Source: a virus (lineage: Duplodnaviria; Caudoviricetes). From it: DNA of 37,048 bases. Location of the stretch: positions 1-37,048 of IMG/VR virus record IMGVR_UViG_3300032216_002167. One strand, given 5' to 3'. Below the pieces are notes generated by a model. That model had not been told where the DNA came from, ran no database searches, and saw nothing but the letters and a program-made list of their open reading frames with translations. The position numbers and the translations under genes were made by a program. Positions 18,092 to 26,181 of this stretch are shown piece after piece (within the stretch, counting starts at the first letter, position 1; every line of letters starts with the position of its first letter).

Positions 18092-18275
18092 TATCAGACG
18101 TTCCCCTATTAATTACTTCTTTAGCTATTGATTGTGAACACTTTAACTTTCTCATCAAATACGATTCCGAGGTTTTTCCGTATTTTAGCACTGCTTCCCT
18201 GCATATTTGAGAAGCATAAGCATAAAAGGAGTTAGAATTTGGCTCGAGTGCTAATTTTTTAGTCATTTTTACCAA
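18024..18275 (-). CDS. Small protein resembling FtsK gamma winged helix
   Basis: EAVLKYGKTSESYLMRKLKCSQSIAKEVI resembles the FtsK-gamma pattern V....KAS.S.LQR.L.IGY..A..II. Confidence 0.4.
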   Translation of the reverse strand: MVKMTKKLALEPNSNSFYAYASQICREAVLKYGKTSESYLMRKLKCSQSIAKEVINRGTSDNAHYGFSVCDKEFLGRGTEKPL

Positions 18276-18308
18276 AAACTGTGAATCTTAATTTTCTAAT
18301 TTTATATT

Positions 18309-18494
18309 TCACTTTCCGGGAACTTTGGAGAAAGTGAATCCCCTTCTTTCATCGGCCGGCTTCCACCACTTATATCCATTTTTAGAAAAATGCTTCACAA
18401 GAAGTTTTAGATCACTGGTTGAAATCGACGGACTAGGAATCACACAGACCTCTGATTCATCGTCGGAGTATTGAACCTTGTACTCTTTTTTCAT
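18309..18494 (-). CDS. Hypothetical protein
   Basis: 61 aa, ATGA overlap, SD AGGA. Confidence 0.55.
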   Translation of the reverse strand: MKKEYKVQYSDDESEVCVIPSPSISTSDLKLLVKHFSKNGYKWWKPADERRGFTFSKVPGK

Positions 18495-18565
18495 TTTCCT
18501 ACCAAAGGAAACTTAAGGTCTGGAGATATGGTGCTCGTTGGCTCTTGGGTTTCCGTTATGTCATC
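18491..18565 (-). repeat. Diverged duplicate of lipoprotein 3' end (within a 39-aa ORF, 18491-18610)
   Basis: DDITETQEPTSTISPDLKFPLVGK vs DDITETQSPTNTVSPDIQIPLVGK at 18635-18709. Confidence 0.85.
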
Positions 18566-18634
18566 TTCAGCGTTCTTACCTTTCGAGGATAAAAATAACA
18601 ATTCCTTCATCAGAATAGTCACCAAAACATGGCA

Positions 18635-18847
18635 TTATTTCCCCACTAATGGAATTTGAATATCGGGCGACACCGTATTCGTTGGCGATTGAGTTTCTGT
18701 TATGTCGTCCGTGGAACCCCCAGAGGCATGGCTCATGACCACGCTATAGGTGCAGCCTGAAAACAAAACGATGAACCCAAAGAACACCACTATCATACAC
18801 GCTATTGCAGTTACCCATCCACAAACAAAAATAAACTTGTCTCTCAT
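18635..18847 (-). CDS. Small putative lipoprotein
   Basis: Hydrophobic leader ending in lipobox-like LFSG-C. Confidence 0.6.
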   Translation of the reverse strand: MRDKFIFVCGWVTAIACMIVVFFGFIVLFSGCTYSVVMSHASGGSTDDITETQSPTNTVSPDIQIPLVGK

Positions 18848-18851
18848 GGAT

Positions 18852-19058
18852 CTAACCTACATCTACATATAATCTTGACTTCGCTTTTTTAGGTCCAGGA
18901 ATTTTAGCTCCTGTCTTACGGGCCTCGCTGAGCGCTATCGCCGTAGCTTGAGGTTTAGATTTAACGACGGGGCCTTTTTTTGATCCGCTGTGCAGTTTTC
19001 CAGCCGCAAACTCATGAAACACCTTCTCGATCTTATTCTTCCCAGCTTTCTTCTTCAT
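18852..19058 (-). CDS. DUF6496-like small basic protein
   Basis: KVFHEFAAGKLHSGSKKGPVVKSKPQATAIALSEARK; SD GGGAGG. Confidence 0.8.
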   Translation of the reverse strand: MKKKAGKNKIEKVFHEFAAGKLHSGSKKGPVVKSKPQATAIALSEARKTGAKIPGPKKAKSRLYVDVG

Positions 19059-19227
19059 AATCGTCCTCCCAGACATTTCTCATGCGCACGCCCACGAAAC
19101 ATCGTTTCTTGCCAAGCATGCTGTGGCCGTCAACCATCTCTCCGTACTTCATTCTTTCTAATTCTTTTGCAGAAACGATAATGTCCGCATATGCTGAACC
19201 CTCAATCATTTCTATTAAAATCTGCAT
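19033..19227 (-). CDS. Hypothetical protein
   Basis: 64-aa ORF in operon. Confidence 0.5.
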   Translation of the reverse strand: MQILIEMIEGSAYADIIVSAKELERMKYGEMVDGHSMLGKKRCFVGVRMRNVWEDDYEEESWEE

Positions 19228-19633
19228 TTATCTTCCTATATTCGTCTAATGTGTAAATTTTCATAAAAATACACCCTTTATCACGATATAGCTTTTCAGA
19301 CGTTATTTTTACAACATAACGATCATCTTTTATGACAATATTCTTTAAACAGTCTTCGTAGAATTTCTGAAGATTTGTGCAATCACAGTTTGTCGGTAGT
19401 ATTTCTCCGTCCAACATTCTTTGTTTGTTTTTTTTTGAAGTGGAATTTGGAATTGGAAACGCAAATATTAATTGGATGACTATATATCCATCCAGAACAT
19501 CGCCCCTGTAGGCGGACTTGATCTGCCACCGGGTAAAATCTCTTTCTTTTGCTCTGGGGTTGAATGCGCCCCTACTAGATATTCTCGCCGCTGTCCACGG
19601 GACAGGAGTGTTTGGGATTTCTAACTGAATCAT
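19202..19633 (-). CDS. rusA: RusA-like Holliday junction resolvase
   Basis: F.FPIP.STSKK, DCTNLQKFYEDCL..IVIKDDRYVV catalytic motif. Confidence 0.85.
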   Translation of the reverse strand: MIQLEIPNTPVPWTAARISSRGAFNPRAKERDFTRWQIKSAYRGDVLDGYIVIQLIFAFPIPNSTSKKNKQRMLDGEILPTNCDCTNLQKFYEDCLKNIVIKDDRYVVKITSEKLYRDKGCIFMKIYTLDEYRKINADFNRND

Positions 19634-19838
19634 TTTTGTTGTGTCTATGATAGTAGGACAAAAGGTCGTCTATCGTCACCTTCCCCTTTGTGTATGTCTC
19701 TATCATCCTACCGATTTCCAGTGAAGGCTTTCTTGTGCCGGCTATGTAATTACTGATTGCGCCGGGAGAGATCCCAAGGGAATTGGCGAATTCTTTCTGA
19801 TCAAAGTTCCTGCTTTCAATAAATAACTTCAAGTCCAT
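19575..19838 (-). CDS. Cro/XRE-family HTH regulator
   Basis: QKEFANSLGISPGAISNYIAGTRKPS..IE..TKGKVT..DL. Confidence 0.85.
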   Translation of the reverse strand: MDLKLFIESRNFDQKEFANSLGISPGAISNYIAGTRKPSLEIGRMIETYTKGKVTIDDLLSYYHRHNKNDSVRNPKHSCPVDSGENI

Positions 19839-19921
19839 ATTACGCCTATTTTTATGAGCGTATCTTAACAAATGTTAACAATTTTACCAGAACACAATCT
19901 TTATTTTAATTCACAAACGTG

Positions 19922-19951
19922 TTGCAAAAAACAAATCCACGCAGATATACT
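19922..19951 (+). promoter_or_regulatory. Rightward early promoter
   Basis: TTGCAA-18 nt-TATACT in the divergent intergenic region. Confidence 0.6.
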
Positions 19952-20072
19952 GTGAATCGTTTTAGGAAAAACTCATGGAGCTTTAGTAAGATTCTGTGAA
20001 TACGTGAAAGTGGCTCCTGCTGAGTCTAGCAACAGGAGCCATGGAATACCAACGACAAACATAAGGTGTGTT

Positions 20073-20261
20073 ATGTATGACGGGAAAGATCGTAAAACAA
20101 ATTTCGATTTGTGTACACAAAAAGAAATTAAATTCCAGATTGACGAAGCATCCTATCACCTGGAAGGACTTCGTCTTGCCCTAAAAGAAGCCTCCTACCA
20201 CTACAAAAAATCTATCTATCACGATTTGTTACTGCAAGAAATAAAAGAAAAAATTAAATAG
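20073..20261 (+). CDS. Hypothetical early protein
   Basis: SD AAGGTG before ATG 20073. Confidence 0.5.
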   Translation: MYDGKDRKTNFDLCTQKEIKFQIDEASYHLEGLRLALKEASYHYKKSIYHDLLLQEIKEKIK

Positions 20262-20267
20262 GTGTGT

Positions 20268-20471
20268 ATGAATTGGGAATATGAGCCTGAACCAGATGAG
20301 ATAAAAGAATGGGAAGATGAGATGAAGGCGTCTTATCTCGCCTATCTAGTGTTTTGCAAACACGACGATGACCACATTTCATTTTATGATTTCAGAAAAC
20401 AAGCTTTAAAAGATCTAGAAAGCCACTTCGATGGACTGGACGAACAAGACTATAGGGAGATGATATTATGA
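20268..20471 (+). CDS. Small acidic hypothetical protein
   Basis: SD AGGTG; ATGA-coupled to bet. Confidence 0.55.
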   Translation: MNWEYEPEPDEIKEWEDEMKASYLAYLVFCKHDDDHISFYDFRKQALKDLESHFDGLDEQDYREMIL

Positions 20472-21253
20472 GCATTTCAAATGTACCAAACGGTCAGATC
20501 CAGGTATTTGACATAGAATCTAAAAAGGACCTTCTCAAGAGAACCATATGCAAAGGAAGTAGCGACGAAGAGTTTGAGCTTTTCATGATGGCTTGCAAGA
20601 GAACTGGCCTAGATCCTTTTATGAAGCAAATTTATGCAGTCAAAAGATGGTCTAGTTCAGACAAGAAAGAAGTCATGTCGATGCAAACATCCATTGACGG
20701 ATTTAGACTCATTGCCGAAAGGACTGGAAACTATGCGCCAGGAAGAGAGACCACATTTTGCTATGATGAAACAAAGCAGCTGATATCAGCGACCTCGTAT
20801 GTGAAAAAAAGAACCCACGACGGAACTTGGCATGAAATTGGATCTAGTGCCTACTTTGAAGAATACGCTCAAAGGACGAAAGATGGAAATGTGACTCAGT
20901 TTTGGAAGAAAATGCCACACGTCATGCTAGCCAAGTGCGCCGAGTCACTCGCACTAAGAAAAGCATTCCCTGCTGACCTTTCCGGAATATACACAGCGGA
21001 AGAAATGACCCAGTCTGACCCCGTATCCGAGCAAAAAGAGCTTACAGAGGAGCAATGTGCAAGAATCGACTCATTGATGGTTCAAGTACAAGACGAAGAG
21101 TATCTTGATAAGCTAGAAAAACACCTGAACGTTTCCAGTATCTATAATATTGCCCCTAGGGATTTTGAAAGAACAATACGATCTCTGGAAAAAAGAGCCT
21201 CCTCAAACCAAGAAAAAAAGGGAACATTAGATGGATCAGCAAGCGTGGCTTGA
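20468..21253 (+). CDS. bet: Phage recombination protein Bet/RecT (ssDNA annealing)
   Basis: GLDPFMKQIYAVKR, TSIDGFRLIAERTG, WKKMPHVMLAKCAESLALRKAFP. Confidence 0.92.
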   Translation: MSISNVPNGQIQVFDIESKKDLLKRTICKGSSDEEFELFMMACKRTGLDPFMKQIYAVKRWSSSDKKEVMSMQTSIDGFRLIAERTGNYAPGRETTFCYDETKQLISATSYVKKRTHDGTWHEIGSSAYFEEYAQRTKDGNVTQFWKKMPHVMLAKCAESLALRKAFPADLSGIYTAEEMTQSDPVSEQKELTEEQCARIDSLMVQVQDEEYLDKLEKHLNVSSIYNIAPRDFERTIRSLEKRASSNQEKKGTLDGSASVA

Positions 21254-22112
21254 GTGGAGAAGAAGCGGGATAGGATCATCTGACGCTCCTATAATAATGG
21301 GAGTTTCTCCCTGGAGAACGCCACTAGAACTGTGGGAAGAAAAGGTTTTTGGATACAAAGAAATGAAAGAAAACCCCGCCATGACGCGGGGGAAGGAACT
21401 TGAGGAGGTTGCAAGAAGAGACTTCGAGCTTCTCATGGACATAAGCCTGTTCCCCTCTAACATAGTACACGAAGAGCATGAATGGATAAGGGCCTCTCTC
21501 GATGGAATAGATATAGACGGAAAGGTGATGGTAGAAATCAAGTGGCCCAATAGAGAAGACCATGAATTGGCCAAGAATGGCAATGTTCCAGAAAAATACA
21601 CCCCACAAGTTCAGCACCAGCTATTTGTTAAGAATTTAGATGGAATGTTTTATTACAGCTGCCACGGATCTGACAGACAGGTAGTGGAGGTTGAGAGAAA
21701 CGAAGACTACATAAAAGAAATGATGGAAAGACACATCTCCTTCTGGGACAGAGTCGTTAAAAAGACGCCACCAGAACTAACAGACAGGGACCACATTTGT
21801 TTTGAAGGGGACGACCGATGGATTCAGCTTGCCAGTGAATGGAAAGAATCAAAGCATGAGCTTGAAAAACTAACATCTTTGGTTGAAGAATTTAGAAAAG
21901 AAATGATCGAATATTCACAAAGCAGAAATGCGAAAGGTTGTGGAGTAAAGATGAGCAAGTCTATATGTCCGGGAGCCGTAGACCACAAAAGAGCCCTGGA
22001 TGACTACGAAGAAAAGATAAAGGCACTTTATCCCAACATAGATCTGCCCCCCTTGGACTTGGAACTATATAGGAAAGAGCCGTTTACTAGGTGGTCGATT
22101 CGTAAAGACTAA
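21231..22112 (+). CDS. YqaJ/lambda-exonuclease family protein
   Basis: WLEWRRSGIGSSD..IMGVSPWRTPLELW, ASLDG..EIK, QVQHQL. Confidence 0.92.
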   Translation: MDQQAWLEWRRSGIGSSDAPIIMGVSPWRTPLELWEEKVFGYKEMKENPAMTRGKELEEVARRDFELLMDISLFPSNIVHEEHEWIRASLDGIDIDGKVMVEIKWPNREDHELAKNGNVPEKYTPQVQHQLFVKNLDGMFYYSCHGSDRQVVEVERNEDYIKEMMERHISFWDRVVKKTPPELTDRDHICFEGDDRWIQLASEWKESKHELEKLTSLVEEFRKEMIEYSQSRNAKGCGVKMSKSICPGAVDHKRALDDYEEKIKALYPNIDLPPLDLELYRKEPFTRWSIRKD

Positions 22113-22329
22113 AAACGACCCCGCCTTCTCTTGGAACGGTTACTTTTTCCTCGACAAGACGGTCTAGCTTTTTGCTTAGCTCCAGGAGGATATACTCAAC
22201 CTCGTTGTATCTAGCAAAGAGACCACGGATTGAGTTGGTAGTCTTTTTTTTAAATTCCTCATGCTCTAAAGCCTGCAATTGAACTTTTTCGTTTATAAAA
22301 AGATCTAGTTGGATGGGTTTTGCCGACAT
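22087..22329 (-). CDS. Small coiled-coil protein with QLDLF clamp-binding motif
   Basis: MSAKPIQLDLF; SD GAGG. Confidence 0.6.
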   Translation of the reverse strand: MSAKPIQLDLFINEKVQLQALEHEEFKKKTTNSIRGLFARYNEVEYILLELSKKLDRLVEEKVTVPREGGVVFSLYESTT

Positions 22330-22399
22330 AATGACCTCATACTTACAGAATATTAGAATTATATTCCTAAAGAGAAAAACCCTATCAGATTTTTATAAT

Positions 22400-22428
22400 T
22401 TGATGCAAATGGTTTTTTTTTATAGCCT
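22400..22428 (+). promoter_or_regulatory. Promoter of rep leader
   Basis: TTGATG-17 nt-TAGCCT; predicted +1 near 22435. Confidence 0.5.
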
Positions 22429-22433
22429 TAGGT

Positions 22434-22466
22434 AAAAAAAAGAGCCCCGAGTATTATTCGGGGCCC
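22434..22466 (-). terminator. Intrinsic terminator on minus strand
   Basis: GCCCCGA-7 nt-TCGGGGC followed by TCTTTTTTTT on the minus strand. Confidence 0.85.
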
Positions 22467-22528
22467 AACTTTGGAGCGCCAGCTGAAGACTGGACTTGAT
22501 AAAAACCACTATCGTTCTCTAAGGAACG
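22434..22528 (-). ncRNA. Predicted ~95-nt antisense (countertranscript) RNA to rep leader
   Basis: Promoter TTGCGA (22562-22557)-16 nt-TAGAAT (22540-22535) plus terminator at 22434-22466, no evident ORF between. Confidence 0.6.
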
Positions 22529-22632
22529 TCATCGATTCTACTGATTGATGATTTAATCGCAAGATAAAATAGTCTGGTTTTTTTTAAAAGTCTTTTTCAA
22601 CGCCTGGCGCTCCTACAATTAAAATAAGGAGT
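22473..22632 (+). promoter_or_regulatory. Structured rep 5' UTR with alternative anti-SD pairing
   Basis: GGAGCGCCAG (22473-82)/CTGGCGCTCC (22604-13) closing stem; CTCCT (22610-14) is also complementary to SD AGGAG (22627-31). Confidence 0.7.
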
Positions 22633-22638
22633 TGTCCA

Positions 22639-23547
22639 ATGTCAATCGTTCGCACCGTACACAACAAAGAAAATCCATTTGTCCAAATCAACAAAAAGGC
22701 TCTCTGGGACAAAGAATTGTCTTTAGAGGCTGTTGGTTTATGGGCGCGATTATTATCCCGACCAGATGACTGGATCGTCAGAGTCAATGAAATCTCTAAG
22801 TCCTGCAAGTGCGGCAAGGACAGAATATTTAGAATATTAAATGAATTAATTGATAAAGGGTATGCTTTTAGGAGGCAAGTGAAAATCAATGGAAGATTTT
22901 CTTGTCTAGAAACCTATGTGTTTGAATTTAAGATGACTAAGGATGAGATTAAAGAAATGTTTCCGGAACGGGATTTTCCAGTTACGGAACCCTCGATCAC
23001 GGAGATCACCCCCCCTACTAATATAGACTCTACTAATCCTTCTTCACTACGTTCAGAAGTAAAAAGAAGAAAGAATAAGAAAGCGCCCGCGGCGCCTCCC
23101 ATTCTCCTAAATCAAGAAACCAAGAAATTCGAAGGGATAACTCCCGAAGACATAAAAAGATGGCAAGATACCTTTCCGGCCGTAAACGTTCGTAAAGAGT
23201 TACAGGAATGCCTACTTTGGGCTTTAAGAACCTCAAGAACGAACTACCGAGGGTCGATTGACGCTTGGATGCGTAATGTGAACACAACCCACACAACGCC
23301 GTTTAAAGAAGAAATAAGGCCATCCGAGGTTGTCCCCGAGGGAGAAGTCTCTAAAAACAAAAAACAAGCCGCTGTTTGGGAGAAATGTTATGTCCAAACC
23401 CAACACACTGCTATTTATGCCTTTCCAGACAAAATTACATTCGTACTGCCTAACAACGAGACCTTTTCAGTAGAATATTCCCATGTCAACAAGGAGTTTT
23501 TAAAATTATGTATACCAGCAATAAAGAGAATGAATCTTCCGTTTTAG
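22639..23547 (+). CDS. Replication initiator (N-terminal winged HTH, replisome-organiser type)
   Basis: HNKENPFVQI..DKELSLEAVGL..LLSRPDDW..GKD..LNELIDKGY; strong SD TAAGGAG. Confidence 0.75.
   Translation: MSIVRTVHNKENPFVQINKKALWDKELSLEAVGLWARLLSRPDDWIVRVNEISKSCKCGKDRIFRILNELIDKGYAFRRQVKINGRFSCLETYVFEFKMTKDEIKEMFPERDFPVTEPSITEITPPTNIDSTNPSSLRSEVKRRKNKKAPAAPPILLNQETKKFEGITPEDIKRWQDTFPAVNVRKELQECLLWALRTSRTNYRGSIDAWMRNVNTTHTTPFKEEIRPSEVVPEGEVSKNKKQAAVWEKCYVQTQHTAIYAFPDKITFVLPNNETFSVEYSHVNKEFLKLCIPAIKRMNLPF
22960..23004 (+). repeat. Three degenerate 15-bp repeats, possible iterons/origin
   Basis: TTTCCGGAACGGGAT/TTTCCAGTTACGGAA/CCCTCGATCACGGAG in the rep linker. Confidence 0.4.
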
Positions 23548-23849
23548 AAGTTAAAAAAGAATTAGAGATCGAGATTGGTAGTTTCCACATTTCAGATGAA
23601 TCTTATGCCGTTTCTGTCGATGTCCGCTTTACTGAATGGTCGATGACAATATTAGGATTTCAAGTATTTTATAGTATTAATGATGATAAAATTAATGTAG
23701 AAATTCCTGAGAATTTTTGCCCGTCCACTATGAGAGAATTTAAAACTCTTCACTTTGATAAAACTTCGAATTGGATTCAAATAAAAGAATATATAGAAGA
23801 GGAGGTGAGAGACAGAAAATGGCTCATGGACTATTTAACACATAGATAG
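23508..23849 (+). CDS. Hypothetical protein (weak SpoVG-like pattern)
   Basis: 113-aa ORF downstream of rep. Confidence 0.5.
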   Translation: MYTSNKENESSVLEVKKELEIEIGSFHISDESYAVSVDVRFTEWSMTILGFQVFYSINDDKINVEIPENFCPSTMREFKTLHFDKTSNWIQIKEYIEEEVRDRKWLMDYLTHR

Positions 23850-23854
23850 CAGTA

Positions 23855-24130
23855 ATGAACTTCGACTGGAAATATTTTAAAAACTCCGCCCCAAGAAACA
23901 AAAGTAAAATTTTAGTTGAAGACCACGAAGGAAATATTGGGATTGGGATTTACAGGAGCGGTGCCTTCGAAAACCTTAGTGGGTTTCCTATAGGATTCCC
24001 CTTGAAGTGGATGAAATTAATCATTATAGTGGAGAAAGAAAATGGAGAGTACACTGCCGCCCGGGCGTTCACCATGGACATGGAACCCATTGATGTGTAT
24101 TCTTTTTATGACTTTAACGATCCAATCTAA
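23855..24130 (+). CDS. Hypothetical protein
   Basis: 91-aa ORF in early operon. Confidence 0.55.
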   Translation: MNFDWKYFKNSAPRNKSKILVEDHEGNIGIGIYRSGAFENLSGFPIGFPLKWMKLIIIVEKENGEYTAARAFTMDMEPIDVYSFYDFNDPI

Positions 24131-24141
24131 ATGGAGAAAGT

Positions 24142-24408
24142 ATGCTAGCTAAATTTTATAGAACGTGGATTATGATGAGATTCTTTGCCATCGCCTCTGC
24201 TGTGGTTGTTATGACGTTCGTGATGATAAGAGCAAACTGCATGACCGCCGAGATGGACTACCGAGGTCCAGGCAGTGAGATGGAGGCCTCAGAAAGACAC
24301 TATAAAGACGAAGATAATAGGGAAGCCTCTGAAAGATGCGGGTCTGATCGAGAAAGATCCGAGGATAGAGAGAAAGCTGGCGACTATTACGACGACCATA
24401 GCGCTTAA
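24142..24408 (+). CDS. Membrane-anchored/secreted charged peptide
   Basis: SD GGAG; hydrophobic leader followed by D/E/R-rich tail with EASER twice. Confidence 0.55.
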   Translation: MLAKFYRTWIMMRFFAIASAVVVMTFVMIRANCMTAEMDYRGPGSEMEASERHYKDEDNREASERCGSDRERSEDREKAGDYYDDHSA

Positions 24409-24581
24409 TGGAAAAAGAAAAGGTAATAAAGTCCTCAAAGGTTATATTAACGACCATACTTGTGTGTATTTTTTTATTTCTTTGTTATAGTCTTTATAAG
24501 AAAAACAAAGAACAGGAAGAGATCACGCCTCTACAGAAAGAGGTAAAAGAGTTCTTGGCTAAATGGAGAGAATGCTGCTAA
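24408..24581 (+). CDS. Small single-TM protein (57 aa, not in ORF track)
   Basis: TAATG-coupled; MEKEKVIKSSKVILTTILVCIFLFLCYSLYKK. Confidence 0.55.
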   Translation: MEKEKVIKSSKVILTTILVCIFLFLCYSLYKKNKEQEEITPLQKEVKEFLAKWRECC

Positions 24582-24626
24582 GATTTACGCTCTATAAAGG
24601 CGCAAACTTTAAGCAGAGGTACTCCA

Positions 24627-24818
24627 ATGGTTGATATTTTCCAATACGTAGACAGCATTCCACAGGCTGACTATGTTCGTTTTTGGGATGGGTTTTACTT
24701 CAAGAATCAAGATGACACAGACGCCCTGTGGATGCTTTGGTACAATAAGACTTATCAAGAGTGGAGGGATGGGCTGCCTAAGAAAATAGTACAGTATTTG
24801 CCAAAATGCACTACATAA
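24627..24818 (+). CDS. Hypothetical protein
   Basis: SD GAGG, 63 aa. Confidence 0.5.
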   Translation: MVDIFQYVDSIPQADYVRFWDGFYFKNQDDTDALWMLWYNKTYQEWRDGLPKKIVQYLPKCTT

Positions 24819-24879
24819 AAACATACCAACCGCATCTGGTATTATGACCGTTAGGATCTCTGCCTTTATGAACACAGGA

Positions 24880-26163
24880 CTATGCACTACATAAGTAAAA
24901 TCCAGATATAACAAATGCTGAAGTGTTTGAGAATGCTGTGTTTGAAAGAAGGCTTACCCCTGATGCCGTTGTTACATTTACCATTTCCCCGGTTGTTGTT
25001 CCTGATAAGAATAGAGATTCAACGTAATTTCCTGCGAAAGTTATGCTAGTGCACTCCGTTACAGCCCTAGGGGAGTTTCCTGCGACAGTAAATGGAAGTC
25101 CAGTAAATGTCATAGTACCTGTTTGAGAGCCCTTGCTTGTTAATATAATATTTATTATTACAAAAACAACGTTTGCTATTCTAGTGTAGTTTGCAGACTG
25201 AGTTGAATATGTTATTCCGGTAGATGAACCCCCAAACGCTATTGCGGGAGTAAATGTTCCACCATTTACCTGGGTTTGTGTCGTTGCGTTTATTGTCTGA
25301 GACGACCCTGGAAAATCTATTAATCCATATTTAGCTGTTCCTGCTCCTGTAACCGCGTTTGTGTTCGAGCAGGTAAGAGAACAATGAGTTATTACTACTG
25401 TTGTTCCTGTTCCAATTGAAACACAAGATGCTGTTCCCGTTCCAAGATTAGATAAATTTATGAAAGACTGTCCGGTTCCAGCTGTGGTTAAAATAGTTGT
25501 ATTTATGGGACTAGAATCCATTTGACACAGCACAAACGTGTATGCACCAGTGCTAGAGGTTGACATCGCAAACCTTAGCGCGCTGTGAGTAATAATGTGA
25601 CCAAGCGTGCTTGTTGTTGACGCCGTAGTGGAGAGTCCTGTATTAAGCAGAGTAGAGCTCATCACGGTCATGACACCAGACGCGGTTATGGTCCAATAAG
25701 CTATTCCTGTAGTTCCTAGGTTTCCTGTGCAATTTGTTATGTTTATTGCCGAAGATGCACTAGAAGAGCTAAAAGTTATTCCAGTGTTATTTGTGCAATT
25801 TAAAAAGCAGTTATTAAGGTTAACTACTGAGGCTAGAGTGCCCGTAACCGCCAAAAGTGCTGCGCTGTTTGTCTGAAGCTGTATTCCAGATATTGTAACG
25901 CTTCCTGCTGTAGTAAGCGTGCATGTTCCGGAAATTATTACATCTCCAGTCGCATTAAGTGAGCTATCCGAACCAAATGCCGTTAAGTTTACACCAGCCT
26001 TTAGTGTTGGGTTCTCTGTATACGTTCCTGGACGTATAAATATTGTGTCTCCCGAAGAAGCAGCTGTTAACGCTGCGGCTATTGTTGTGTGGGTTCCTTG
26101 GCCGGCGGTAGCAGAGACTATCCATTTAGCTGTGTTAAAGCCGCTGACTGGGGCAATTGACAT
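24880..26163 (-). CDS. Tail spike/fibre with pectin-lyase-like beta-helix
   Basis: HTTIAAALTAASSGDTIFIRPGTYTEN cap; C-terminal GTFTP..YTRIANVV..TGLPF domain. Confidence 0.75.
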   Translation of the reverse strand: MSIAPVSGFNTAKWIVSATAGQGTHTTIAAALTAASSGDTIFIRPGTYTENPTLKAGVNLTAFGSDSSLNATGDVIISGTCTLTTAGSVTISGIQLQTNSAALLAVTGTLASVVNLNNCFLNCTNNTGITFSSSSASSAINITNCTGNLGTTGIAYWTITASGVMTVMSSTLLNTGLSTTASTTSTLGHIITHSALRFAMSTSSTGAYTFVLCQMDSSPINTTILTTAGTGQSFINLSNLGTGTASCVSIGTGTTVVITHCSLTCSNTNAVTGAGTAKYGLIDFPGSSQTINATTQTQVNGGTFTPAIAFGGSSTGITYSTQSANYTRIANVVFVIINIILTSKGSQTGTMTFTGLPFTVAGNSPRAVTECTSITFAGNYVESLFLSGTTTGEMVNVTTASGVSLLSNTAFSNTSAFVISGFYLCSA

Positions 26164-26181
26164 AGAATTTCCTATTTAAAA

